A DNA stretch of 64,000 nucleotides from an uncultured Parachlamydiaceae bacterium (GCA_963752155.1 CAVVXH010000002.1:286420-350419), one strand, 5' to 3'; counted from the first letter of the stretch, positions 42,099 to 53,653 are shown. Notes: generated by a model not told the origin, from the sequence alone. Program-made: numbers and translations.

Positions 42099-42731
42099 TT
42101 ATGGTTGTAAATTAATTCGCGTGTAATTATTCCAGATATTGTTGGAATTTGTGCAGTAATATAATATCGAAACCACAGAAACAAATAATGAACTTATGAT
42201 TGCTACTTTATAAAATTGTGCTGTTGGACTATTATTGCACACATAGGTAATAATCCTTTTTATAGTTGTTCCTTCTGGGATAGATTGTAGAATATAATTT
42301 TGAAATGAATACTTCTCGTGAATCGCGAAATATTTTTCTCGTAGTTCTCGGTCCGTTTCATGATCTCGCATCCATTGATCTTGTAACTTCTGTTTTTCCT
42401 TCATTACAAGGTATTGTTCGTACTGATTGCGATTTTCTAATTCATATTGATAATTTCCTTGAGAGGCTGGTTTTCCCCAAAGCCATTGTCTTGCCTCTCT
42501 CATTGCAACTGAATCTTCTTTAGATTCTAAATATTCAGGGTGGAGGCGGAGATAGGGGTAAAGATTCTTGGGAACATACGCCACATATGTAGAAGTTTGA
42601 AATTTAGAATAGATTTCTTCAAGCTTTCTTTCTTCTTCGGTGAAAGGAAGTTCTGGAAAAGAGAATGTATTATCTTGTTGTGGCATGGGCTGGGGATTGT
42701 TACTCAACCAACCAAAGATTGTCGTCATCAT
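42099..42731 (-). CDS. Hypothetical protein with a C-terminal TM segment
   Basis: RBS GAGG; hydrophobic stretch VAIISSLFVSVVSILYY near the C-terminus. Confidence 0.65.
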   Translation of the reverse strand: MMTTIFGWLSNNPQPMPQQDNTFSFPELPFTEEERKLEEIYSKFQTSTYVAYVPKNLYPYLRLHPEYLESKEDSVAMREARQWLWGKPASQGNYQYELENRNQYEQYLVMKEKQKLQDQWMRDHETDRELREKYFAIHEKYSFQNYILQSIPEGTTIKRIITYVCNNSPTAQFYKVAIISSLFVSVVSILYYCTNSNNIWNNYTRINLQP

Positions 42732-43225
42732 AGTAACCTCTGAATCTTAATTTTAAATCATATGAGATGAATCGTTCATCTTTGATTCACTTTATCAATA
42801 ATATAAAAATATAGCTACAGAAAAGTTCAACATTTAAAAGCGTTAGTGATTGTGAAAACGTCAACCCAATGACTGTTGCATGAACTTGTTATTCTTGAAA
42901 AGGAAAAATCACAATATCCCCGTATAGTTCGATAATTCGTTTTAAATTTAAACTGAATCTGGTGCTAGCTATTCTTTATTTTTAGATTGAACTGCTGATT
43001 GTCGTCATATTTTCATTGTATTTAAATATTGGATTTTATAAAAGGGAGGATAAATGAAAACTTAACCTAAAAAAAAGGAGCTACGAGTATTATGCAAAAC
43101 ATGTTGACACCCTATCAAAGAAGTGATATTTAGGGACTTGTAATAAATAATTTGTGTGCTTGGGCTGAACCAAAGCTATGTTTTATACCTGGTATACAGT
43201 CTCTTAAAAAATAATAGGTAATAAA

Positions 43226-46200
43226 ATGGAACCAATCATTCCCATCCCCAAATGGTTTAACACATGGTTTGACACATTAGCCGAGTTTCCACCATCTGAA
43301 ACCAAGTCGCCACCATCAGAAGCCAAGTTGCCACCATCTGAATTTCGTAATAATTTTCAAAAACAATTCCCTTCACTTGAAAAAGCAGCAAAAAAAATCA
43401 TCGATCTTCTGATTATTTTTGGTTATGTCAACATTAATTCTGTAAAAAAAATTTTAATAAATGTGAAACGTGTGCAGAATTGCTACTTAGAACAGACGAT
43501 AACATTGGAGCGTGTCTACCAAGTCTATTTGGACAGTCTAATAAAAAATTATTCTTTTGACGAAATCGTGATTAGAAATAAAGATCTCTATAAGCATATT
43601 TCCTTATCTTCATCTAAAATGGCTGAAGATAGCATAAAAAACGATATAAAAGTTTATTTGTTGTCGGTTGAGTTTCCATTGCAGAAATCAATAGCTTCAG
43701 GCTGTTATTCAGTTGAATGGATTAAAAAATTTATAGATCCTTACAACCAAGAATTACAAGAAACAATTCAATTCCTTTTTCAGCAGAAAACACTAAAAGA
43801 TGAAATGCCAATACTTAATGTAAATTATCAGACGCTATTATTCAAGCATGCTGGTATCAAAGGATATGGACGATCATGTTCTTGGGCTTTTTTGTTTTGT
43901 TTATGGAATCCGAAACAATCTAAATATGTAGAACCTTTGTATTCACTTTTACATGCAAAAAACAACAAACCATCCACTTCAAACAACAAGCCATCCACAT
44001 CTTCTCAAAATGCTAAACCTGTAGCCAAAAAAAGTGCAAACGGTATTTCTCAAAATGCTGAATTGAGTTTTCAACAGTTTGTTGTCAAAAGCAGTGTAGT
44101 TGCAATTTTTCGACATGAAGAGTCAGTCCTTCCACCTATAGATACAATTGAATTAACTTTTGAGAAGTTGTGCCTCTCATCAGAAATCGATCGACAAAAT
44201 GCTGTCTATTTTATAGATCATTTACACGAACAATTTTTACAGAAAAAATTTGTTTTTTCTGAAGAACTAGGTATTCTAAAAAGACTAATTCCACGAATTT
44301 CAGACACAATCTCTCCGATGTATGATTTTCTCCATATGATTTTGTGCTATTTTCGGTATTTAAGTCAACATGACCCAGATCCAAGATATCGATTTTTTCT
44401 ATTAAAGGCTCTTTTTGCTCTTCCTTATGAAAAACGTCGCCATTTTGATAAACCAATCCGAGACAAATTTAATCGACCGACTTTTAGATTGGATTGGGAA
44501 AGTTGTCTTTTTCTTACGGAGCACTTTAAACCGCCTGAACTTTGGGGTGGGATCTTTTTGCGACAAACTATCTTGCAAGGAAAAAAAGAATCTTCTTATT
44601 TGGATCTAAATGCACAATTAAAGGTTATAGTAGAAATTGAAGAATTGATTGACATGAAACTCCCTATGAAGATGATTTCAAATTTGCTTTTTTTACAAAC
44701 TTTTAAAGTAAATATAAAAGATATTGTCAAAGAATTTATAATCTTGCGCCAAGAGACAAAGACTGTGGATGAAATACCCGCCTTATTTGAAAAAAAATGG
44801 GAGGACTTGCATAAAAGATTTTCAGCACAAATAGAGCGAGACAATTTACAAGATCTTATTCCTTGTGTAGAGCCGGAAAACATTATTTTAGAAAACATAT
44901 GGCAACTCTCTTTTCTTTTACAATTTTCAGCTCATCCTGATTTCAAGCCTGGGATTCAAGAGGGTTTAAAAGAGATGGAGAAAACTAAAAATGGGAATTT
45001 AATTTATAGAAATGAAGCAAAATCGTATCCTTATTTACTCTATTTTTCAAAATATCTATTTAAACTTCATATTGATCAAGCCCTTGTTCTTTTAAACCTA
45101 TTCGTCGGAATTAAACAATCTTATACTTATAATTATTTTCATTCCCAGATACACTATCGTCGATTATTAGACAGTCTATCTTTAGATAAAGAGGACTACT
45201 CCGAAGCTTCTGACGAAAAAAGAAAATTTCTTCAAGATGCTATTTTTTCAATGAGTGTCGAAGAGAGGCAGCAGTTTGATTACCCTATTAAGGAAGATTA
45301 TTTTATTTCTCCCTTGAACCTAGATTCTAGTTTGCTACAATTTGCAAAAACCCATCCAATCCCTCTTTCAGGGTGGGGAAAGATTATTCTTCGATCTTCA
45401 CGATCGATTCCTGCAAAACCTGAGGAATCCCCATTTTTATCAATACAAGATCTAATTAAACTTATCGGAATGATCGAATCATATATAGGTAGCGCACTTC
45501 CGCTGGAAATGTGCGAGGATCTTCTTTATTTCCAAATCGTGCATCCATCGATGTTTGAGATCGTTAAAAAATGTGTTGAGTTACATAAAACGATCAAAGG
45601 AAAATATCTTTCTTCGATAACGATTCCTTCTAGTATATATAGTGAAATCACAGATTTAGCCGCAAGGATAGTGTATGAGGGCTTTGGAAATCTAATTGAT
45701 TTCAAAAATTTATGGTGCACTAGCAGTCGTAGTGATTTTTTTCAGAGCCACGTCGTTGGGAAACTGAGTTGCATGCTATCGCATGTGACCTATCTAAGGC
45801 CTTACATCCCCTTTGATCATCTGATTGCCTTTCATTTGAAAATGAAAAAACCCCCTAAACATAAACCTTATCATTTTTTTCAGCCCTTAACACATACCCT
45901 ACCAGATGGGCCAGCTTGGATGGCACGTTGGATGCTCGATCTAAAGAAAGAAACATATTCACTCGTTGTGATCATGACAAATTCCTTGAACCTTAATAGG
46001 TCAGAAGACTCTAGGTTTAGTAGATCTTCTTGCTTGTTTCATATTCCCCTAAAAGTCCCTTTGGATGAGGATAAAAAGAACAAGTATTTTGCTCTTCTTT
46101 TTTCTGCAGTAGGTGGATTAGCGAAGGAGGTCTATACAGAGAAGGAAGAAGTCAAAGTTAATCGAAGAAAAACTCATTCATCTTCTAACGAAGAGGCTCT

Positions 46201-46981
46201 TGATGAAAATCCTGTCCGACGTACCTTACAGCGGCTTCTCAATGATTCACCTCTTATCCAAGAAGAATGGACAAAATATTTTTTAGAAGATACTTCAACA
46301 GATCCTTTAGATCTCTATTCCTTTATCGAAACTTTGCGTACACATTTTCTACGATCCTTTTATTACATTTTAAACCCTAAAGAAAAAAGTATACTAAATA
46401 CTAGTTGTATCGAAACACCATTCTCAATAGAGGAGGAAGGAATTTGTTTGTCAGTGCAGGCTCTAAGGTCCCATTTTAATTTTAATACAATAGTTTTAGA
46501 TAAGATTTGGATAAAGAAAAAAGATCATGATGAACAATTTCAAGAGATTTTTCGAGAACTTGCAGCAAAAAAATCTCTTTATATTAATCAATTTTTATCA
46601 AAGGAGGATCCTCATCCACTACAGGAATCGCCATCTGCAACTTTTAGGTTTTGTCTACGACTTCGAGATCAAGTAAAACTCTATTATTGGAAAACTGAAC
46701 TTGAGTGGAAGGGGGATTACGATTGGGATCATAGTACTCCGGATCAAAGCAAAGTTATCTGCACAGGGGAAACGGTAAAGATGACAATTCATTTTTCTCG
46801 TGTCATCTCCGAACTAGGATTGGTTGATTCTGAAAATGGTATTGAGAGTCTATCGGATTCTCCGCAATCACTCATCATTCAATATCCTCCTTTTACCGGA
46901 GAAAAGGAATTCATCCATAGTTTGTTATGGCATACAGCCCTTTTTTGCATGGGTAAGGGAGATTTAACCCAGGGCACATGA
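43226..46981 (+). CDS. Large hypothetical protein with an internal duplication
   Basis: 1251-aa ORF; two aligned blocks (FLxxAxFxxxxExRxxFDxPI...WGxIxLR...LP...LL.xQ). Confidence 0.75.
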   Translation: MEPIIPIPKWFNTWFDTLAEFPPSETKSPPSEAKLPPSEFRNNFQKQFPSLEKAAKKIIDLLIIFGYVNINSVKKILINVKRVQNCYLEQTITLERVYQVYLDSLIKNYSFDEIVIRNKDLYKHISLSSSKMAEDSIKNDIKVYLLSVEFPLQKSIASGCYSVEWIKKFIDPYNQELQETIQFLFQQKTLKDEMPILNVNYQTLLFKHAGIKGYGRSCSWAFLFCLWNPKQSKYVEPLYSLLHAKNNKPSTSNNKPSTSSQNAKPVAKKSANGISQNAELSFQQFVVKSSVVAIFRHEESVLPPIDTIELTFEKLCLSSEIDRQNAVYFIDHLHEQFLQKKFVFSEELGILKRLIPRISDTISPMYDFLHMILCYFRYLSQHDPDPRYRFFLLKALFALPYEKRRHFDKPIRDKFNRPTFRLDWESCLFLTEHFKPPELWGGIFLRQTILQGKKESSYLDLNAQLKVIVEIEELIDMKLPMKMISNLLFLQTFKVNIKDIVKEFIILRQETKTVDEIPALFEKKWEDLHKRFSAQIERDNLQDLIPCVEPENIILENIWQLSFLLQFSAHPDFKPGIQEGLKEMEKTKNGNLIYRNEAKSYPYLLYFSKYLFKLHIDQALVLLNLFVGIKQSYTYNYFHSQIHYRRLLDSLSLDKEDYSEASDEKRKFLQDAIFSMSVEERQQFDYPIKEDYFISPLNLDSSLLQFAKTHPIPLSGWGKIILRSSRSIPAKPEESPFLSIQDLIKLIGMIESYIGSALPLEMCEDLLYFQIVHPSMFEIVKKCVELHKTIKGKYLSSITIPSSIYSEITDLAARIVYEGFGNLIDFKNLWCTSSRSDFFQSHVVGKLSCMLSHVTYLRPYIPFDHLIAFHLKMKKPPKHKPYHFFQPLTHTLPDGPAWMARWMLDLKKETYSLVVIMTNSLNLNRSEDSRFSRSSCLFHIPLKVPLDEDKKNKYFALLFSAVGGLAKEVYTEKEEVKVNRRKTHSSSNEEALDENPVRRTLQRLLNDSPLIQEEWTKYFLEDTSTDPLDLYSFIETLRTHFLRSFYYILNPKEKSILNTSCIETPFSIEEEGICLSVQALRSHFNFNTIVLDKIWIKKKDHDEQFQEIFRELAAKKSLYINQFLSKEDPHPLQESPSATFRFCLRLRDQVKLYYWKTELEWKGDYDWDHSTPDQSKVICTGETVKMTIHFSRVISELGLVDSENGIESLSDSPQSLIIQYPPFTGEKEFIHSLLWHTALFCMGKGDLTQGT

Positions 46982-46999
46982 AATTAGAATGAATAAGAA

Positions 47000-47422
47000 G
47001 TTGTTTAATAGGTGAGAAAGTTGCCGCGATATTTGGGTATTAAAGTATAGGAAAAAATTAAACGCAAAGCGAGACAGCTGCCTACGGCGCCCCCTATCGG
47101 GAAATAACAGATTTTTAAAGCCCCCAAGATTTACGCAACTGAAAAAAGCGTCGTTTTCAATTAATAACAAGATACTAAATTCTGTAGAGGTAACGTTTAG
47201 CCTTGGTTCCAGACCTGACATTCTGACATTTGCCCTCCTGGGAGGTTGCGTTATCATTGTAGGCAAATGTCAGAATATCAGGTCAGGCACCAATGGCAAG
47301 GCGCTTTAAAAATTTGTTATTTCCCAATAGGGGGCGCCGTAGGCAACTGTCTCGCTTTGAGTTTAATTTTTTCCTATACTTTATATCTTAATATGCAGCA
47401 ACTTTCTCACCTACCAAACAAC
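47000..47422. mobile_element. Nested palindrome family, copy G (flank X on both sides, reverse core, one hairpin deleted)
   Basis: gttgtttaataggtgagaaagttgc ... gcaactttctcacctaccaaacaac; junction atttttaaag|cccccaagat. Confidence 0.88.
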
Positions 47423-47462
47423 TGGTTATTTTAGCTTTGTAACAGGAACATTTTGAATTCTG

Positions 47463-48764
47463 TTAGCTATTAAATACTTCTGCGAAAGCATTGTAATTTC
47501 TTACAGCAACCGGTGAATTATTTAAAGCTTTCTTTGGAATCGCTAATATTACTTCGTCAGCAAACCCGATGAGATGAGTTAATTTTTTCTTGATAATTGT
47601 TGCAGTCATCGTTGCATGCTTTTCAGCATTACTTGGAGCAAATGCACCACATCCAAAAGCTCCAAGAACTAAAGTTATACGTTTTTCGGGATCCTTAATT
47701 CTCATTAAAGCTGCCTTTTTAGCTATTGCATAGACATGAGTTCCTATTCTTGCTTCAGCATCCGTATAGTCGACCGAACCTTCGGCTGTATCGGCCATTA
47801 CGGAGTTTCCAAAATACTTTGCTGCGCTTGTTATAAACGAAACATCTATGGGTTTATCAAGAAATATTGTGGAAAAAAATCCTTCGTCTCCCTGAATACC
47901 AAAAAGCTGATTATCTGACACATAGGCCATTATTTTAGAATCAAAAGGATCATTATAGTGAGATCGAATCATTGATCCTGCCATCTTAGGTGTACTTGGT
48001 AAGAGTGATAATGAGGAGTAAAGATCACTTTTGCTAACTAGAGCTTCTTCTTGGGCAAGTGCAGATCCTCCACCACCCCAAACAATTTTACCGGATTGAT
48101 TGTCTCTATAAATATTAGGACCTCCACCTATTTGTCTCTCATTTGCAAAATTTAAAGCGATGATATGGCCACTTGCTTCTGCAATAGCTTGGTCAGTAGT
48201 TAAATCTTTTAATTGAATTTCCATCGTTTCTTTTTTAGGAAATACTTCAACTAGTTTTTTTACATCCGCAATCAAGTCCTTATAATCTATTGCAAGGTTT
48301 CTTTCAACTTTTTCTGGAAAAGTTGGGGGTCTGAGAGTTATTGTTTTTTCATTAAGGACATACGTTAATTCGTTGAGGATACGTACGTGGATAAATGTAT
48401 TTCGCCAGTTTACACTTTTCCCTGTAATAATCAAGGGGTGATTTTCTTGATTAATATCATTTGTGGCTATCTTTACGGGTTTTGCATTTGAAGGAATAAT
48501 CAACTGATTTTGAACAGGGGTTAAATTTTCCGACTGTGTTTTTAAAGATTGTTGGGCAGGTACAGCGATAGAATCATCTTGAACAGTTTGATGTATACTT
48601 GAAGTTATTATAGCATATGGAAAAGAAAGAATAGACCCCAAAATAGATCCTACTCCCATTATAATGCCCCATGAAAGTGATTGAGAAGCGGGTTGAGGTT
48701 CAGTTGAATTATTTACTTCCTCATCATGAAATGTAGGTTGAATAGGTTTTGATACAGGTTCCAT
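47463..48764 (-). CDS. DUF2263/TIGR02452-type macrodomain, poly(ADP-ribose) glycohydrolase-like, with an N-terminal extension
   Basis: ALNFAN...GGG...AQEEAL...SDLYSSL, FITSAA and LVLGAFGCGAF. Confidence 0.82.
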   Translation of the reverse strand: MEPVSKPIQPTFHDEEVNNSTEPQPASQSLSWGIIMGVGSILGSILSFPYAIITSSIHQTVQDDSIAVPAQQSLKTQSENLTPVQNQLIIPSNAKPVKIATNDINQENHPLIITGKSVNWRNTFIHVRILNELTYVLNEKTITLRPPTFPEKVERNLAIDYKDLIADVKKLVEVFPKKETMEIQLKDLTTDQAIAEASGHIIALNFANERQIGGGPNIYRDNQSGKIVWGGGGSALAQEEALVSKSDLYSSLSLLPSTPKMAGSMIRSHYNDPFDSKIMAYVSDNQLFGIQGDEGFFSTIFLDKPIDVSFITSAAKYFGNSVMADTAEGSVDYTDAEARIGTHVYAIAKKAALMRIKDPEKRITLVLGAFGCGAFAPSNAEKHATMTATIIKKKLTHLIGFADEVILAIPKKALNNSPVAVRNYNAFAEVFNS

Positions 48765-48878
48765 AAATATAGTCCTTTTAATTTTATATAGGCTTAATTA
48801 ATTTTTTTTGTCTTAATAAGACAATTTAAATATACTTTAACATTTTAAAAGAATTAATGCAAGCGTAATCCTTTAGAT

Positions 48879-51800
48879 TTATTTTTTCCCACCCACACTG
48901 GAGCGAAAATCAGTCGCTATATTGAGTTGATTGTGTTTTGGAAGGATTAATCCATGCTTTAAGGTATACAATAGCAATGCAATTCCGGGAAATATTCGAT
49001 CTTTTTCATTTGTTTCCACTAAATGGATCCGTTCTTGAATACGTTGAGCAGGAGAAATATGCTTATTGTTTGAAAGAACTAAAGTTTCATCGTTAGAAAA
49101 TCGCCTCATCATTTTGCTTGCTTCTGTGACCTCAATGATTAATTCCTGTAATCTGATAGCAGAAAAGTCCTTTTCAGCGTTTGAAGCAGGATAGCTCAGA
49201 ATTTTGTGAGCATTATGCATCCATTCTCCTAGAGAAGGAAGCGTTGTAGCGCAAGCAGATACTTTGCGAAGAATATTTGCAAGTATACATGGACTATTCA
49301 TAAAACGAATATTTCGAGCCTGGATAATATGTTGACCACTTTCAAAACTGTTAGTGTGATAAAGAGCTGCAATAAGTAATTCTTTTTGGGCTCTTCTAAG
49401 TAATCCACACTGTCCCAAACTTGTACTGATAGGTCGATTCATTCGATCTATCGTTAATTTCTCTTTCAATCTGCGTAAATAAAGGGCAACGTTCTGTAAT
49501 GCAATGTTGCGCTCTGTCGTACGAAAATTTAATGAGTTGCAACCTTCTACGGGAGCAATACACCGGATCCCAGTCCAGATGAGTGCTTTATCAAGGGCTA
49601 GAAGGGCTTCTTTTCGATTATTGATAAATAAAATCGGAAGTAGTTCAGAATCTATTGTCTCATCAGAGATCATCTGACTACTGATAGGCTCTTTGGAAAA
49701 TGCATCTTCTACATTTACTAAATGATTTTCATAAGTATTTTGCATATGCTCTAAAGGAAGTTCTCCTTCGACTTCTTTTGAAGGATCACAAAGAGTCTCA
49801 AGAAGTTTCTCTAAAAAGTAAACTCCACGTTGAAGAAAACGGTGATGTTGAACTATGAGAGAGCCTCTTAATGCTTCGTTTTTTATTTGAGAATTCTCTT
49901 CACGGTCAACTTGGAATAAGAAATCAGTAAGAAGACGACTTTCATTATCCATATGCTTTCTTCTTTTGTATGCTTCGGCAGGGTAATTGACACAACGGTT
50001 CCCTTCAGCAAGAGACAATGGGACATTACGCATATTCCAAATGATTTTTTTAATATTTTTAGAAATTTCAGGTTTGTTTATCAAAAGATTGAGCAGTTTT
50101 TTTGTGTCATGTCCTATCAGTTGAACATCCTCTAATGTTGTTTTAGTAAAGATGGTTGTGATTTCTAAAAGTGTTTCTACAGATCGCCTTAATAGATCTG
50201 TTTGTTCAAAAATCAGATCAATAGAGAATTGTTTTATTTCGGCAATTTCTATTAAACTTTCTAAAATGATGAATAAATCTTTGATACGATTAGATTGCCA
50301 AGAAGATTTATTAACAAAACTAGAGGCTTCTAAATAAAATAAGTTGTCCTTACATTGAGATAAGCTTTTAGAAATTTCAGGTAATTTTATTGGAGTTTTT
50401 TTATTCTCTTTTGGTACTGTAGGCAGTTGCTTTTTGGAAACAGATTCAGAGTGTACATTTTTTTGTGGAGTCGCTGCTTCCAACGGTTTATTTTTCTGTT
50501 CACTTGATGGAACTTGATCATTTTTTGGGGGTGTAGGTCCATCCAGATGGTAACAATTTCTCTCTTTGACTTTTATTCTTTTTAGAACGTGCTTTTTCTG
50601 CACTTATCAAATCTTCTCCTATTTGTTGTGCATGAATCACAAGCCGTTCGTGATCTTTCGATGCTGTCTCTTGTGCCTCTTGAGCTTCAAACTCTAACCG
50701 TTTAAAACAACGGCCAATTAAAGCTTTGATTCCCTCTGTTGCAGCCATAAAGCCTTCACGCTGTATAGTGTTGAGATCTTGCATCTCCTGAAGGATTTTC
50801 AAATGAAGGGAGTTTTCTTGATCATTTAATAAAAGCATTGTTTGAGTATTACTTAATAACTCACCAATTCGAGTTTTGGTTTGACATATTGAGCCACTTA
50901 ATAAATTAAGGGCGTCTCTCAAGGAGAGCGCGCGTTCAATTTGGTCGTTTGGATTTTTATGACAACGTTGCAGACGAATTTCTAAATGTTGAATCATTGT
51001 CAAAAACGGTCCATTTTTATTAATCTCAAAATTTAATCTCCAGGTATCCCGTAAGGCGCTAGTAAACCCATGTTCTTCAGGAAGATGATCCATCATCTCC
51101 TTGATAGTCTCTTTATTTTGAGCCAACATCATTTTTCCTACCCGAAGCCATTCCTCGATGCAAGTGTCAATTTCAAGATTGCTAACTTTACTAATTTTTA
51201 TTAAATTGATTAGTAATAACAAATAAATTTCATCCATTAAACTTCCGAAAGACCAGTGCTGTTTAAGGCAAAGCCTAATAAATAAATAAAGACTTGGATT
51301 GTAATTGAATTGATCTAAATTTGAACTTTCTGAATTGAAACCATAATCTATACAAAATTGTTGCTCTAAAGCTCCCCGATCATCTTCAAAAGTTGGATTG
51401 AGGAGATAATTTTCAAGAGCGACCCATAAATTTGCTAAATTTTTGCAATCGATATTTTTTTCTAATTGTTGAAGTCCAGGAATAACAGCGTTATAGAATT
51501 CCATGAAAGATTTACTTTTTCTTTCAATAAGAAGTGAATATTTTTTAATAATAGACTTGTCTATCGATTCAAATTCATCTTGTATTTTTAAATTTGCCTG
51601 AAGTAAGTTTGCACGGCGAAGTACACGAGAAAATGTATATTTAGTAGGGGTATTGCTTAGAGGATAAAAAAGACGATGCATTTCTTGTGTAACAAAATCT
51701 TCAAGCAACCTAAAGGCATGAACGGAACGTTTCCATTCTGGAAATTTGGTTAAAGGGTCATTACAATGACGTGGAAGAATCGATTTAAATGTTTTTTTAA

Positions 51801-52743
51801 ATATATCGTTATTTGTATTAAATGATCCATCACCATCTAATAAAAGTTTAGCAGATTGAATAAAATTTTCTTGAATATTTTGAACACTGAGTTGGCGGGT
51901 GCATATAGATATATTTCCTTGATATTTGCCAAAAATGACTCCTGCACCACTAACAAGGCCTATTAAGCTTTCGATATTTTGCTGATAGATTTTAAGAATT
52001 AATTTTCCTGTAACATCTTTAAAATTTCGATTTTCCCGAAGAGCTTTACAACTTTCATGTAATTCATCTGCAAGAAGATTGATGATCAAGGAACATTCTG
52101 GAGGAATTTTTTTTTGTTGATGAGACACTCGCAAATGAGCAATTTGATTTAATTGAAATTCTCGCTCTTCAGTTGAATACTTTCCAGGGCCGAATTTGGG
52201 CGCAGTTTGATCGTTTAATGAAAGTCTAGAAAAAAATTGCAATTTCCCCTCTTCAATACAATGAGATAAATTTTCCGCAAATTTTCCTTTGCGTCGGTTG
52301 TTTGCATTTGAAAAATATTCTCCACTCATATTTATTTCATTGATTTTTTCTAAAATAATTGGGTTCATTTCATCCATGGTTTCTGATATTATTTTAAATA
52401 ATATTTCAAAAACATTATTTTGATCTTCGCTAAATAAATTCAAAATTTCTGGTGACTTTTCGAGAATCGACATAATGGCTTTTAGGTAAATTTCTTGTGC
52501 AGCTTCTTTACTTGAATTATTAAGTTTTGATGTATTTTTATATTCTTGAAGAATAGTTAAAAATTTTTCTGTGATTATATATTTTACTGCTGCATCTGTG
52601 ATGGTTGTCTTGGGTATTTCTAATGAGTTTAAGTCTTTAACAGGATCATTTTTTTCGATATTTTTAGCTTTATTTAAATTGTCTTGTAAAAATCTTAAAG
52701 GTTTGTTTTCTGTCGTAAAATTTATGTTTCTAATGGGTTCCAT
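48879..52743 (-). CDS. Large hypothetical protein, probably one gene with a single frameshift near 50520-50600; C-terminal tandem HEPN-like repeats
   Basis: ORFs 50518-52743 and 48879-50603 overlap across a C5A6 homopolymer, and the downstream ORF has no convincing start. Confidence 0.6.
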
Positions 52744-52895
52744 TTTTTCTCCATTTTTTAAAGCAATTAAGTTCGCATTCTTTTCATAAAATCTCCAAGT
52801 ATAAGAAGTTTATGCGGATATATTGATTTTGTCTAATATTACGATAAACTTCACATATCTAGATAGAGAATTTTTCCTAAATCAGGCCTAAATAA

Positions 52896-53366
52896 TGTTC
52901 AATGATGTCACCACAAGAACGATAGGAACGATAGGAACGATAGAACGATGGAACCATAAAAATTGGAAGTACGTCCCGGATTTCTCTGGATTTCTTCCGG
53001 ATTAGTCGAAAAGTCCTCATTGCTTGAATCTTTTCCATTCCATTTCTATGCGGAAAAACGAAACAACAGGGAGAATGGTGCCGTCAATTCATGATAAGGT
53101 AATTTCTTGTCTTCTTCCATCGTTCTTATCGTTCTTATCGTTTTTATCGTTTTTATCGTTCTTATCATTTTTATCGTTTTTATCATTTTTATCGTTGTAT
53201 CGTTGCATCGTTGATTACGTCTACATATCCAACTCACAGGGCATTTTGAGCTTGTTTTACTGCAACTTCATTGATGTTCACAACTTGATACATTCTGTTG
53301 CTACTGTAGATCAACGATAAGAACGATAAGAACGATAATTTAGGAAGGTGGTGACATCATTAAACA
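52896..53366. repeat. Non-coding element with a 19-bp terminal IR and three arrays of 9-bp AACGATAAG-type repeats
   Basis: tgttcaatgatgtcaccac versus gtggtgacatcattaaaca (18/19); arrays near 52916-52950 (+), 53118-53205 (-) and 53313-53338 (+). Confidence 0.75.
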
Positions 53367-53653
53367 ATATCATGATGAACTATCAGATTTGCATTTGAGC
53401 ATACTTAAAATGCTAGGAATTGAAAAGGATCAATATTGGCAGACCTCTGCAGGATAATTTAATATGATAATCTATTTTGCCAATCAAAAATAACCAGCTA
53501 GGCTGTCCTCGCCAAGAGGGATCGTTTTCATCACTTTTACCCGCGGAAAGTAGGGGGCACGGGCACGAAAATTAGCGGGAATTGCTGGGCTAAATTCCTA
53601 AATTGTGATACACTAGACTAAATTCAGTCTAAATAATTTATTTTGAGGTTTTC

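Noticed and set aside
53024..53320. ORFs with (SFL)n or (IKT)n repeats
   Set aside because: Artefacts of the 9-bp tandem array; the same applies to 37805-38152.
53495..53600. GC-rich multi-hairpin stretch upstream of surE as an ncRNA
   Set aside because: Short stems are visible, but I could not match SRP, 6S, tRNA, riboswitch or hammerhead consensus; an Rfam scan is needed.
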